Of a DNA stretch of 64,000 nucleotides, positions 1 through 14,324 are shown one piece after another. Position numbers and translations under genes: made by a program. Below the pieces are notes generated by a model that saw only the letters and a program-made list of their open reading frames with translations, did no database searches and had not been told where the DNA came from. Origin of the DNA: Eledone cirrhosa (lineage: Eukaryota); contig CAXHJY010001349.1 of assembly GCA_964016885.1 (NCBI GenBank), positions 1 through 64,000 on the forward strand, in the 5' to 3' direction. Each line of letters opens with the position of its first letter. Positions within the stretch are counted from its first letter, which is position 1.

Positions 1-194
<194 letters not shown>

Positions 195-195
195 C

Positions 196-253
<58 letters not shown>

Positions 254-329
254 TGTTTATATATATTATATGTATATATATATATATGTGTATAATATAT
301 ATATATATGTATATATATATATTATTATG

Positions 330-366
<37 letters not shown>

Positions 367-391
367 GTATTAATATATATTATATATATCG

Positions 392-422
<31 letters not shown>

Positions 423-429
423 CATATAT

Positions 430-1027
430 CGTTTCTGAATTTGTTTAGCAAGATTCTTTATCTGAAATCGTGTGTCGAAACCGATATTGTTATACTTTGG
501 GAGGGTCATGTTGCCAATAAGAAACACACGCACGAGCTGCTTTCACTTCAATTTATTATAATAAATTTATAAATTTAGGAATTTATAAATTTATAAATTT
601 CTGGTTGGTTGGTTGGTTCCACAACCAGATAGTTGTTTATATATTGTCAAAGTTCTTTCGTCACACATTTGTGACCTCTTCAGTGACTTGGGATTCTTTT
701 CTTTTTTTGTGCCTCTCCTTTGTTCTCTCCTACGCCATTTTGTTTCTGTGTGTGTATTGTGTGCTCAGTGTGCGCATGCGCCACATCCGGCTGTCTGTGT
801 GTGTTTATGTTCATTTATTTATTTGTTTATTTACATGTTACTGGTTGGTTGTTTGTCCTATGTGTGTGTGTGTTTTCATTTTGTCCTCAATTGTAAGTTG
901 TGATGTTGCTGTTGCACTCATATTTTCTATTTAATTTTGGTTTTGGTTTTGGTTGTAATTCTTTTATGTTTATTGCCTTTGTGATTTGTCTAAACATTGC
1001 GTCTTTTCTGTGTGTAGATTCTATTTT

Positions 1028-1028
<1 letters not shown>
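430..1028 (-). mobile_element. 5'-truncated Penelope-like element: GIY-YIG C-terminal tail plus 3' UTR/pLTR with HHR (same family as 20798-22290)
   Basis: Minus-strand translation [33 protein letters not shown] matches the end of ORF 21268-21846; sequence aligns with 20798-21400. Confidence 0.85.
646..687 (-). ncRNA. Minimal hammerhead ribozyme
   Basis: Minus strand: gtca-CTGAAGA-g-gtcaca(aatg)tgtgac-GAAA-gaac-TT-tgac; stems I and II pair. Confidence 0.75.
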
Positions 1029-1061
<33 letters not shown>

Positions 1062-1062
1062 C

Positions 1063-1139
<77 letters not shown>

Positions 1140-1143
1140 TCTA

Positions 1144-1183
<40 letters not shown>

Positions 1184-1190
1184 AATATAC

Positions 1191-1242
<52 letters not shown>

Positions 1243-1364
1243 TATATACATATATATATATACATATATATATATATGTACATATATATATATACATATA
1301 TATACAATATATATATATATATATAAATACATATTTATACATATATATATATACATATATATAC

Positions 1365-1395
<31 letters not shown>

Positions 1396-1407
1396 CATAT
1401 ATATACA

Positions 1408-1487
<80 letters not shown>

Positions 1488-1551
1488 TATACATATATAT
1501 ATATATATATAAATACATATTTATACATATATATATATACATATATATACA

Positions 1552-1583
<32 letters not shown>

Positions 1584-1595
1584 CATATATATACA

Positions 1596-1709
<114 letters not shown>

Positions 1710-1830
1710 CATATATATACATATATATACATATATATATACATATATATATATATACATATATATATATACATATATATGTATATATACATATATACAT
1801 ATATACATATATATACATATATATATATAC

Positions 1831-1879
<49 letters not shown>

Positions 1880-1981
1880 CACATATATATATATATATAC
1901 ATATATATAGAAAAAGAGATGAAATCGAAAATGCAACTGAAGTCTTATTTTTTTTATATATATACATATATATATATATAC

Positions 1982-2108
<127 letters not shown>

Positions 2109-2143
2109 GATATATATACATATATATATATAGATATATATAC

Positions 2144-2187
<44 letters not shown>

Positions 2188-2189
<2 letters not shown>

Positions 2190-2798
2190 GGTGGTGGCTG
2201 CCAACTCATTTTCGAGTACGGCCACTACTTTATATCCATGTAGGAGAACCCTACCGATGCGCCAAACAAGTGTGACTTTTTAGTCCAGCCAGCGACTTGA
2301 AAACTCTGGTACAAACACTACACCTGTGACAATTATTGACACATAGTGCTGGGCCCATGGCACCATGTGACGACAAGTGCAGAGAGATCTCCAGATATAA
2401 AGCAATGCCTGTGCCGTGAAGCTTTTATAGTGAGCAAAGGCACTGCACAAAACCAGTCCCACTCTCTTAACCAAGATGATATTTACCAAAAGAAGAACGA
2501 GTCAACATCATTGGATACCATCAGGGTTGCAGGTGTTATATCAGAGTTTTCCTTCTCCTAGAATTCTGCCTTGACAAAGGCTAACGGGTCATCTCTCCCG
2601 GTGATTTTGGATGGCCATTGACTCTTAAGAGCTCCTTTGCCGTTTGACAGGTTTTGTTTTTAGTCCTGCAGGATGTCCAAAGTCACCCTCCTCACCATGA
2701 AACCTTGGTGGGGTTGCCAGTTTAGTCGCCAACGACCCGACCATGAGACAGGTTGTACTGGGATACATGTTGCCAGTAGCACCAACTGGTGACCTGAC
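2188..2798 (-). mobile_element. RTE-derived non-autonomous retroelement (~605 bp)
   Basis: Near-identical to copies at 60856-63920; 3' part encodes a C2H2 finger remnant followed by a stem-loop and a microsatellite tail. Confidence 0.8.
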
Positions 2799-2827
2799 AT
2801 ATATATATATATATAGGAACAAGTAAG

Positions 2828-2921
2828 ACCCCGACGGCTGAGCTCAAACCGTTTCGACGGCTAATTCTGTACTGAATGAAAATTTATTCAGGTATTTAAA
2901 TAGCCGAACTTATCAAGGGGT
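2828..2921 (-). ncRNA. Hammerhead ribozyme, U3:A8 core variant (mirror of 4305-4398)
   Basis: Reverse-complement copy of the 4305-4398 motif with a few substitutions in stem III. Confidence 0.75.
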
Positions 2922-4304
2922 AATTCCATATATGGTCAAAGAGATAATCACCAGGATTTGTCACATCACAAGTTAGTAGTAAATCTGTGATGGCAAGTTG
3001 GTGGGGGGAGGGGTAGCTAAACCTGCCGGTAGGAGAAAAAGGGTGAGGCGTGGGATAGACCCATTCATGCGTTGGACTTACTTCGCCCACAAACCCATAA
3101 TGACCCGGGGGGGGGGGGGGGGTAGACTAGGGCTATAACATCCCACTTGCCTATTTTGTAAGCGGTAACCCCTGCTTGCCAATGGAGACGTAAGATCTTC
3201 TTTTACATTCTTTATCGCTTCCTCTATATTTCCTCCTTCCCCCATCCCTCCCTAGTCCTTCTACCCCAGTTCCCTTTCTTTGTCGTCGTCTTTTTCTCGC
3301 CCACCCGAGGTAGCCCATCGGTCCCTGGTAGCTTCAGCACCCCCACCCCTCCCCTATTCTATGATAGATTTGGCTGACTCCGCTTTTTATAGCAGAGGTG
3401 TTAGACTTCGGATACTCGCCCCTTCTCCGACCGCTGTCCCTTTTTTCCGTGCCTTCTATATTTCTTAGTGGCATCTTTGCTTCAATTTCTCGTTTATCCA
3501 GTATTTCTTTCTTCTTTTTCCCTTTTTTTTTGTGGGGGGGGGGGGGGGGGGTGTTCCTGTATTAATTTTCCGTTCTTTACTTTTACTTCGTACGATCGTT
3601 CATGTAGATTGTATAAGACTTTTCGTTTCGTGGCGGTACCCTTAGAGTAAGCACTAGTATTTTTTTGCGGGACGCTGAATTACATTCTCGTACTAGTTTA
3701 CTTTCTGGCACTGGGTGGTAGAAACCTTTATTATTTTCGTCTTAGTCTCTTTAGTATTCTGCCCCCCCCCCCCTTGTTGACCCGTCACCGTACGATACAC
3801 GCACTTATACCTCGTATAAGTTCCCTTTATTTCCGTCCCACCTAGTTTTTTTCTATTATTATTATTTATTATTTTTTTATTCTACATTATATATATATAT
3901 TTTTTTAAAATTTATTTATCTATTCTTTTATTCACTTATTTGTTTATTTATTTATTTATGTATTTCTTTAGACTAGCAATAGCGAGAGACTTAAGTCTTA
4001 GTAACCAGATTTTGCTTATTTTTTATTTTTTTCTCTCTCAGTACCTTTTATAGTTTTACCTTTCATTGTTCTACTTGCCGTTTCGACCTCCTCCCCCCCC
4101 CCCTCCCCAGTATCCTCTTTGACCCTACACTCAGCTGTAGCTGGCACTACCAACGCATGAATGGGTCTACTCAACCCCCTCTCCCTTTTTCTCCTACCGG
4201 CAGGTTTAGCTACCCCTTCCCCCACCAACTTGCCATCACAGATTTACTACTAACTTGTGATGTGACCAATCCTGGTGATTATCTCTTTGACCATATATGG
4301 AATT

Positions 4305-4398
4305 ACCCCTTGATAAGTTCGGCTATTTAAATACCAGAATAATTTTTCATTCAGTACAGAATTAGCCGTCGAAACGGCTTGAGCTCAGCCGTCGGGGT
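4305..4398 (+). ncRNA. Hammerhead ribozyme, U3:A8 core variant
   Basis: acccc-TTGATAA-gttcggcta...tagccgtc-GAAA-cggct(tgagctc)agccg-TC-ggggt; stems I, II and III pair; GUC cleavage triplet. Confidence 0.85.
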
Positions 4399-4497
4399 CT
4401 TACTTGTTCCTATTACCCACTCTACTACGCTAAGTATTGAGTACTTTGGTGCGTTATGGTCCACCTGGTTCCTTACCACATTTTCTTCGTTATATAC

Positions 4498-4528
<31 letters not shown>

Positions 4529-4577
4529 CATATATATATGTATATACATATATATATATATACATATATATATATAC

Positions 4578-4626
<49 letters not shown>

Positions 4627-4729
4627 CATATATATATACATATATATATACATATATATACATATATATACATATATATACATATATATGTATATATATA
4701 CATATATATACATATATATATATATACAC

Positions 4730-4762
<33 letters not shown>

Positions 4763-5123
4763 TATATATATATATATACACATATATATATATATACATA
4801 TATATACATATATATATATATGCATATATATACATATATATACATATATATATATACATATATATACATATATATATATACATATATATACATATATATA
4901 CATATATATATATACATATATATACATATATATATATACATATATATACATATATATATATACATATATATACATATATATATACATATATATACATATA
5001 TATATACACATATATATATATATATACACATATATATATATATATATACATACATATATATACACATATATATACATATATATATACATATATATATATA
5101 TACATATATATACATATATATAC

Positions 5124-5163
<40 letters not shown>

Positions 5164-5307
5164 ATATATATACATATATATATATACATATATATATATA
5201 CATATATAGATACATATATATATATACATATATATACATATATATACATATATATACATATATATATATACATATATATACATATATATATACATATATA
5301 TATATAC

Positions 5308-5436
<129 letters not shown>

Positions 5437-5454
5437 CAATTTATATATATATAC

Positions 5455-5485
<31 letters not shown>

Positions 5486-5549
5486 CATATACAAATATAC
5501 ATATACATATATATATACATATATATATACATATATATACATATATATA

Positions 5550-5828
5550 TAACTTTGACTTTGAATAACTTTGAAATGTTTTGGCCAGTATTGGCCCAGG
5601 CCATCTCTAACTTAATAGCACCACCTGGCGAAGCCTTTCAATTCAGGATTTGGGCACCATGGCCCATTCGCGAAGAGTATTACTGTTTGCGGAGACATAT
5701 CCGGGTGTGGGTGGTTTGTCCGGGATTACTTGGAGGAATTTGTCCAAAGACTTCTTGAATTTTGTGTGATCAGTTTCTGTTTTGACGTGTCCTGGTGTGA
5801 TGTTGAAGAGAGCAGGCCCGATTGAGGT
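5550..5828 (-). mobile_element. 5'-truncated 3' end of the LINE at 27556-32249
   Basis: Encodes [44 protein letters not shown], as at the ORF2 C-terminus; same ttcaaagtta-type tail. Confidence 0.95.
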
Positions 5829-6445
5829 ATATATATATACATACATATATATATATACATATATATATATACATATATATATACATATATATATACATAT
5901 ATATATACATATATATACATATATATATACATATATATATACATATATATACATATATATACATATATATATACATATATATATACATATAAAGAATTAA
6001 TATCTAGTAACATATATATACATATATATATATACATATATATACATATATATATATACATATATATACATATATATATATATACATATATATACATATA
6101 TATACATATATATATATATACATATATATACATATATATATATATATATACATATATATACATATATATACATATATATACATATATATACATATATATA
6201 TACATATAAATATGTATATATATATTCATATATATATATATGTATATATATACACATATATATATATACATATATATATGTATATATATATACATACATA
6301 TATATATATACATATATATATACATATATATATACATATATATACATATATATATATGTATATATATATACATATATATATATATATACATATATATACA
6401 TATATATATGTATATACATATATATATATACATATATATATATAC

Positions 6446-6536
<91 letters not shown>

Positions 6537-6666
6537 CATATATATATATACATATATATATATACATATATATATATACATATATATATATACAATTTAT
6601 ATATTAGTTGGAAGTGATATTTTAGTAAGTAAGTTAATTTTATAATTTCCTTATTTTACGTCTCTC

Positions 6667-6735
<69 letters not shown>

Positions 6736-6825
6736 TCTATATATATATATATATATATACATATATATATGTATATATGTATATATATATATATACATAT
6801 ATATATACATATATATATATATACA

Positions 6826-7033
6826 TAGTACGTTATTCCGGGTTGAATCGGAGGTAACCACAGTAAGTAAGGTACTCAATACATTGCAGAGTATAAAAGT
6901 TTTAATATAGATGAGATACTACAGGACTAGAACTGTTTCATTCTTTAGAAGGATTTAAATGGATACAGTTCAGTAAAAGCAATTTATTGACACGTGTTTC
7001 AATAACAGTTATATAACCTGAAAACAGCTGCTG
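6826..7033 (-). mobile_element. Truncated PLE 3' end with only the 3' half of an HHR
   Basis: Minus strand GAAA-cacgtg-TC-aataaa (palindromic stem III followed by AATAAA); CUGANGA half is missing at the TA junction. Confidence 0.5.
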
Positions 7034-7087
7034 TATATATATACATATATATATATATATACATATATATATACACATATATATACA

Positions 7088-7119
<32 letters not shown>

Positions 7120-7188
7120 CATATATATATATATACATATATATATATACATATATATATACATATATATATACATATATATATATAC

Positions 7189-7233
<45 letters not shown>

Positions 7234-7353
7234 CATATATATATACATATATACATATATATATATACATATATATATACATATATATATACACACCCGT
7301 GTATATTTACCTATCTATATCTATATATATATTCCTATTGTGTATATGCCAAC

Positions 7354-8703
7354 ATGTCTGGAAAGCAACAAATGAAACCAACAGAATCAGAAAGAATTCT
7401 AATGGAGATATCATCGAAATTATCAACACTTATCACGATGATGGACACACAATCCTCTATTTTAAAGGAAATAGAAAAACAATCTACAGACGGAAAACTT
7501 ATAACTGAACATATAAACTCTGAAATTAAGAATTTAGCTGAAATTATACCAACAGTTATCAAAGATACAAGAGAAAGCCTACCACAACCCCCTTGGATGT
7601 CAGAAATAAACGAAAGAAATTTGGAAAACAAAACACATCGAATAAGAAAAGAAATGTGGAAGACATGAAAAAAATTCCTTAACATAAGAAAACAACATTT
7701 CTGGAAAGCATACATATGCGAAAAATATGTCGAAACACATTCGAAATGGCTCTCTCTAACGGCACCCATACTCCCTCGTAAATACCTAATTACAGAAATT
7801 GCAGGAGAACCAGAAGAAGAAACAAAACTCCGATGGGAACTTACATTGACAAAATTCAGGACCGACATCTCCATTTCTGAATGTAAACAATCCCGCTACA
7901 AAGCCAAATATGAAGCTATTGATGACCAAATTGAAGTTGAAATTTCAAAGCTAACGACTGGTATTATAGCTGAAAAACTACGAGAACTATGGATCGGAGA
8001 TATCTCAAAAGAAGAAAACAAATCAAGAAAGGTATGGCAGCAGAAACAATTATTTCTCGATGAATATGCTGCAAATTACGGTAAAGACTCTGGAACCCTG
8101 AGAAAAAGCATTAAAAGTGGACAATCTCATCAATACAACATACGCCAGAACACGTGCCAACACAAACACTCACCTTACCTTGAATCAAAGAAGAACTACG
8201 GTAATAACTCTTCGCTTTTTCTACAAAAACACCCTATCGCACACAACATGAACAAAAAGCACAAACACGATAGGTATTCCTTTGACCAGACCATGAGAAG
8301 TAGTAAAACCAGGAGATCATTCTCAAGATCTCAACAGAGACTACCAACAAGGAATGTGGAAACAAAACGTAGAATAACCAGATCACTATCAAGATCTCAA
8401 CAGAGATTGCCCACAAGAAACTGGACGAAAAAACGATCTAAACCTGAAAGCAAACCTAGGTCATTTTCCCAGATTGGTAAAAATAATGCTAACAGGAAGA
8501 AAAATAATATACAGAATACCAAAAATAGGACAAAATACATAACGAAACCAAATATAATATCACGACCAAAAGTTCATCAAGCGAACACCAATAGGAATAT
8601 AAATCCTGAACAGAGAAAAATTCATTTTTTAACGTCAGGACAACAAAAACCGGAAAAAGAAAAACTCCAGGAGGAAACATACCCAAAACAGCTGTACACG
8701 TAG
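7354..8703 (+). pseudogene. Upstream ORF of the PLE (helical N-part, basic low-complexity C-part), interrupted by one TGA at 7666-7668
   Basis: ORFs 7354-7668 and 7846-8703 are in the same frame, which is open between them after the single TGA. Confidence 0.7.
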
Positions 8704-10935
8704 ATCCTAAAATAATTAATTTATCTAAAAGAGATCTTGACAATGATGAAATGCAAATTCTGTCAAAAGGACTGAAATTCACACCGACTCCAACAGTCAA
8801 CCACCAAGAACTGAAGGAGGATACCCAAGAATTCTGTCGAAAATTACGTCTTGTAGAATTCTTCGCTGATAAAAGTAATGAGAGTGATGAATCACTAGTA
8901 AAGAATAAATCAAATTTCACTCCGCCAAAAGGAAGAAATATCTATCTCGACCAATATATTGACATCCTGTCTAAATTTCCTCTTAGACATAATACTAATG
9001 TTAGGCCAAACATTAACAAATCAGAAATGTCTGCACTTAAACGTATACAAAATGATAAAACAATAATAATTAAACAAGAAGATAAAGGGGTGCAGTTGTT
9101 ATAATGGATACTGAATACTACAAGGATTTGGTTGAGGAACAACTGAAAGACACAACATTCTATCATGAAATACCGTCAAATATAGACCACAACATCATGA
9201 AAAAGATCAACAACCTGGCTTCAAAATACCACAACTCATTTACTGATAAGGAAAGAGACTACATCACCAATTTTGAGCCGAAACCCAGCAACCTGTATGC
9301 CTACCGAAAGTTCACAAGTCAAAAGAAATACAACTGGCAGTAAGAGAACAAAACAGTGAGTACATTAAATTATTACACCCAAAAGACTTAAAACTTAGAC
9401 CTATTATAGCTTGTCCAACATGCCCCACTCACCGTCTAAGCAATTTTGTTGACATTATTTTGAAACCACTATGTATTCACATACCCAGTTTCATCCGGGA
9501 TGATATCGACTTCCTGTCCCATCTTCCCAAAACCACGGAAACGAATTCACTTCTACTCAGTTTTGATGTGGTAAGCCTTTACACCAACATTACACATGAT
9601 TTAGGAATAAAGGCGGTTAAATACTGGGTGGAAAAATATAGAGAAGTGATTCCCATTAGATTCACAGCGCCATTTATATTAGACGCAGTTAAACTTATTC
9701 TGGAAAACAACACTTTCTTCTTCAATGGAAAGAATTACATCCAAATTAGAGGCACAGCGATAGGAACGAAGTTTGCTCCCGTTTACGCGAACTCTGTAAT
9801 GGGATACTTAGAACAACAACTCTACCAAGAAATAGAGGAAAAATATAGTACTGACTTTAGAAAGTACATTGAAAAATCTTGGAAGAGATACCTTGACGAC
9901 TGTTTCATCATCTGGACAGAATCTCTAGATACTCTGGATGAGTTCAATATCCTCCTGAATAACCTACACCCATCTCTCCAATTCACAAAAGAGATGAGTA
10001 GGACCAAATTACCATTCCTAGATATAATGGTAATCAAAAACGACACCACCATTACCACGGATATATATTATAAACACACAGACACCCATCAATATCTGAA
10101 TTTTAAGTCGTGCCATCCACCTCATACAAAACGCAACATCCCATACTGCCTAGCCAGAAGAATTTGTACCATTGTAGAAGATACGAATACCAGGTACAAA
10201 CGCCTAACAGAACTAAGAGAATTTTTGCTCAAACAAAAATACCCATCTCTACTTATAGAAAATGGCATACCGCGGGCTATAAAAATACCTATACAACAAC
10301 TTAGAACAACCCAAGGAAGAAGAAACCAAGAACTGGTCATACCATTTATAATGACACACAACCCATGTCACCAGAATATCTTCAACACTGCCAAAGCAAA
10401 CCTACCGATCATTGCTCAAAGTAATGAATTAAAAGGCTTAATCACAGATCGATCTTTGACTCTTAGTAAAAGACAGCCAAAAAATTTGAAGCAATTGCTA
10501 ACAAAAGCAAAGTTTGACCTTAACAACAAAGACCAATCATTCACTGTATCTAAATGCAATGATAATCGATGCGGCACATGTCAATCCATACACGCCGGTC
10601 AATATATGAAAACAAAAACTGGAAAAATATTCCCAAATGCAAATATGAACTGCAAAAGCAGAAATCTAATTTGCTGCATTAAATGCCCGAATTGTGAAGA
10701 ACTATATGTCGGTCAAACTGGAAATGCACTATCGGAACGTGCACGGGTACACCGTCAACAAATCAGAGACCCAAATGTCCGTCAGATACCCCTAAGCGGC
10801 CACCTGGCAACATGTGGTCAGGGAATATTTATAATATTCCCATTCTACAAATTACACAGCCCAAGTGAAATCAAGAGAAAAATCAAAGAAAAGAATTTTA
10901 TTGATAAATTCAAACCCAAGCTAAATGAACAATAA
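8631..10935 (+). pseudogene. PLE reverse transcriptase plus GIY-YIG endonuclease, with two 1-nt frameshifts (~9090, ~9300)
   Basis: DKG[G]AVVIMD and LY[G]LPKVHK motifs are broken by single-base deletions; downstream 491-aa ORF has YLDD and YVGQT. Confidence 0.9.
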
Positions 10936-11323
10936 TAACGCCTAGGGGTATGGTATTACTTCTACTACCACTATGACCACGACCACTAACAACAACAACA
11001 ACAACAACAACAATAATAATAATAATAATAAAAGTGATGTTGATGGTGATGATTAATAGAAAATGCTATTTTCATCATTTCAAAAAGCAAAACAATTGAT
11101 ACGTTGGATATGACTATTGGTCGTTAGCATGCTCAACCAGCCGTGACGCTTAAACCAATCAGCTGTAGCAATTCAGTGAAACTACACACTGATTGGTCGA
11201 AATACAGTTTACAGGACTTTGCATTCTGGAGCCACTTTTCTCTGTATAAAATGTATAAAAGGTAGGAAATTTACCCATCTCATTACAGTTGAAAATTGCA
11301 AACTCGACTGTCACCACATATCA

Positions 11324-11362
11324 TGAACCTGAAGATTGCGAAAGCATGAAAGTACTTGTTCA
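11324..11362 (+). ncRNA. Minimal hammerhead ribozyme of the PLE pLTR
   Basis: tgaac-CTGAAGA-ttgc(gaaa)gcat-GAAA-gtac-TT-gttca; palindromic stem III. Confidence 0.85.
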
Positions 11363-11502
11363 CTTAGAATTTAATATTCTATCATACTATTTCATTATAA
11401 TACCATTATATATATTTTAAAGGATTGTAAATAAAACGAGTAAATCAGACAAAGTTGGAATTCCTCTTATTAATATATGTATATATATATATATGTATAT
11501 AA

Positions 11503-11633
<131 letters not shown>

Positions 11634-11639
11634 GACATA

Positions 11640-11732
<93 letters not shown>

Positions 11733-11993
11733 TATTAGGTATAGGATTATCCAAGATGTAGTGATGGTTAATTACTACACTGGATATGGTTGACGTACGG
11801 TAAGAGGTTACTCTACGAGTTATGGAAGAATTGTTCAAGAAACTTAGTTCCTGATCCTTCAGTGTTCCGGAGTGTATATAAAGAATGAATCATATCCAGT
11901 GTAGTAATTAACCATCACTACATCTTGGATAATCCTATACCTAATAATTGCCTCCTACACAGTTGAGAAACCACACTGACACACGGCATTAAT

Positions 11994-14324
11994 ATGGAAA
12001 GGCATCATATAGGTATGTCACTTAAAAACATACCTATACCTAACAAAAGGGAATATATTCTCAGTATGATTCAACGCAGTAACGACTTCATTCGGCGTGT
12101 ACGATGGAAAGCTTTCCACTTCGATAAAGGACGCACCAGTCACTCGTCTGAATCATATGGTTTTAAATCATGTAAAAACCCACCTACAAACCCTCACCTC
12201 GAAGCTTTCGAACAGGACTTATTGAAAACTACCATGAACATTAAGTTCAACAGACATAGAAATAATGAGCTGCAGAACAACATGAAAGCACTACTCCGAA
12301 GATTGCAAAATACCAATGGTATTGTTGTGAAAGCTGACAAGACTTCGAACGTGTATACCATGGATATCGATACGTATAATAACTTCATACGCAACGAACT
12401 ACACAAAAAATATAGAAAAACAAATGAAACTACGCTAGCAAATATTAACAACGAGGCATATAAAGTGGTAAAGAATCTCAAGTTAGACGATAGAACCGAG
12501 CCGATTATACCCGCTACCCCCACCTTCAACCTGAAGGACCATAAGGTAAATTTTGACTCTAACCCTAAGATTAGACTTATATGCCCTTCTAAATCAGACA
12601 TAGGGAAAATTAGTAAACATATACTTGACAGAGTAATAACTCAAGTGAAAAAGAAAATTGAAATTAAATTATGGGGCAACACTAGCGAAGCAATTCGCTG
12701 GTTTAATAATGTTAAGAATAAGAATAAATCTAAGTTTATACAATTTGACATAGACGAATACTACTCTTCCATCTCACCAAGCACTTTACGTAAGGCCCTA
12801 TCGTTTGCTAAGGCCAATTCCGACCTAACAGAGGACGAAATCAATATTATTCTCGAGGCTAGAAAAACCATTATTAAGTTCGATAACTGCTACTGGGAAC
12901 GTAAGGACAGACCCACAAATTTCGATATTACCATGGGTTCCAACGACTCGGCGGAGGTCACGGATCTCGTTGGAATTTACATAGCCCACATATTACATAG
13001 TAGATTTAATAATCTACAGGGGGGGGGGATATACAGAGATGACGGGCTCTTATTAGTTAATAACTTGAATAACCAAAATCTTGAAAGGCTACGGAAAAAT
13101 ATTAGAAAATCTTTTAGTGAACTGGGTCTAAAAATAACATACGAATACAATCTTAAGGTAGTAAACTTTCTGGACGTAACTCTTAATTTAAATACCGGAC
13201 AGATACGACCCTTCCACAAGGTAAATGAGAACCTTACGTATATTGACTTTAACTCTAACCACCCACTCTCCATGATCAAATCAGTTCCCCGGAGTATTTC
13301 TCTTAGAATCTCTCGCCTATCGTCTAACTCTGATATATTTAGCGAACATGCTGAATACTACAATAATGCATTAAGGAATGCTGACCACCGGGATACAATA
13401 GAATACATCGATAGTAATTTCCACAACACACATAGCTCTACACGTAATCAAGGTATACGTAACCGGGGGACTAAAACACAAGCACACACACACTGTACTA
13501 CCAGACATACTAATAATAGAAGATCACCACCAAATAAATCACGTTGTAGAAAGTATATCTGGTATAATCCCATTTTTAATGCCTCGATTAGTACAAAATT
13601 ATCTCTTTCATTCTTTAAATTAATTAATAAACACTTCCCTAGTTCCCATAAGTACAGCAAAATTCTGAACTCCAAAACTATTAGACTATCATACTCCACG
13701 GCACCAAACCTTGAAGCATACATAAAAAAACTTAACTTAAGGCAATTAAATAACTCTACAAAACAAAACATTTTAGTAACAGATAGGCAGAACGCAATAT
13801 CTGCCTCCCAACCACTAAATGGGAGACGGGTATTGCACAACCAACCTGTACCGCTATCACAACCTATCCATGGTGTACCCGCTACCCACAACAAAGCATG
13901 TAACTGCCATCTACCTGAAAGATGTCCATTGCAGAATGAATGCCTAAAGTCCAACATTGTTTACCAATGCACGGTTGAATCGGACGACCAGAAATGGTAT
14001 TATATTGGATCTACCACCACATCGTTTAAATCTCGCTGGTACCGTCATCGATTCTCAATCAAACATCAGAATCACCGCTTTGTGACCACGCTCGCCAACA
14101 AGACCTGGCAACTCCGTGAACACAACCAACAGTTCACCTTAAAATGGCATATACTTTCCAGCGCAAATGCATATCGGAGTGGTTTGAAGTACTGCAGGTT
14201 ATGTAACCTTGAGCTATTTTACATACTAAAATCCAAAAACAAACTACTTAACGATAGAATTGAACGATCATTATACTGCAACCACAAACTAAAAGCTAAA
14301 TTCTCTCACTATAAAATAACTTAA
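11994..14324 (+). CDS. PLE RT-GIY-YIG polyprotein, 776 aa, uninterrupted
   Basis: KADKT, QFDIDEYYSSI, GIYRDDGL, VNFLDVTL, CNC..CPL..C, IVYQC..YYIGST, C-terminal CRLC..E. Confidence 0.93.
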   Translation: MERHHIGMSLKNIPIPNKREYILSMIQRSNDFIRRVRWKAFHFDKGRTSHSSESYGFKSCKNPPTNPHLEAFEQDLLKTTMNIKFNRHRNNELQNNMKALLRRLQNTNGIVVKADKTSNVYTMDIDTYNNFIRNELHKKYRKTNETTLANINNEAYKVVKNLKLDDRTEPIIPATPTFNLKDHKVNFDSNPKIRLICPSKSDIGKISKHILDRVITQVKKKIEIKLWGNTSEAIRWFNNVKNKNKSKFIQFDIDEYYSSISPSTLRKALSFAKANSDLTEDEINIILEARKTIIKFDNCYWERKDRPTNFDITMGSNDSAEVTDLVGIYIAHILHSRFNNLQGGGIYRDDGLLLVNNLNNQNLERLRKNIRKSFSELGLKITYEYNLKVVNFLDVTLNLNTGQIRPFHKVNENLTYIDFNSNHPLSMIKSVPRSISLRISRLSSNSDIFSEHAEYYNNALRNADHRDTIEYIDSNFHNTHSSTRNQGIRNRGTKTQAHTHCTTRHTNNRRSPPNKSRCRKYIWYNPIFNASISTKLSLSFFKLINKHFPSSHKYSKILNSKTIRLSYSTAPNLEAYIKKLNLRQLNNSTKQNILVTDRQNAISASQPLNGRRVLHNQPVPLSQPIHGVPATHNKACNCHLPERCPLQNECLKSNIVYQCTVESDDQKWYYIGSTTTSFKSRWYRHRFSIKHQNHRFVTTLANKTWQLREHNQQFTLKWHILSSANAYRSGLKYCRLCNLELFYILKSKNKLLNDRIERSLYCNHKLKAKFSHYKIT

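Larger units (their letters stand above)
2815..4492 (+). mobile_element. Non-coding PLE-type element with a ~260-bp inverted pLTR (2815-3075 vs 4150-4412), each arm carrying an HHR
   Basis: Inverted repeat read directly; no credible ORF; both ends abut (TA)n. Confidence 0.8.
7292..11470 (+). mobile_element. Penelope-like retroelement, Neptune-like (Cys-rich linker before GIY-YIG), near full length, inactivated
   Basis: N-terminal ORF, IINLS..LSKGLKFTP, RT motifs SFDVVSLYTNI and RYLDD, CNDNRCGTC and CPNC-YVGQT endonuclease, 3' HHR. Confidence 0.92.

Noticed and set aside
2815-4412. Terminal inverted repeats suggesting a DNA transposon or MITE
   Set aside because: The arms are asymmetric (one extends ~80 bp further) and contain HHRs, which fits an inverted PLE pLTR
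7666-7668. In-frame TGA as possible selenocysteine recoding (known for Naiad PLEs)
   Set aside because: Context MWKT*KK fits a TGG-to-TGA mutation, the endonuclease is C-terminal (not Naiad-like), the copy has other lesions, and no SECIS was recognised
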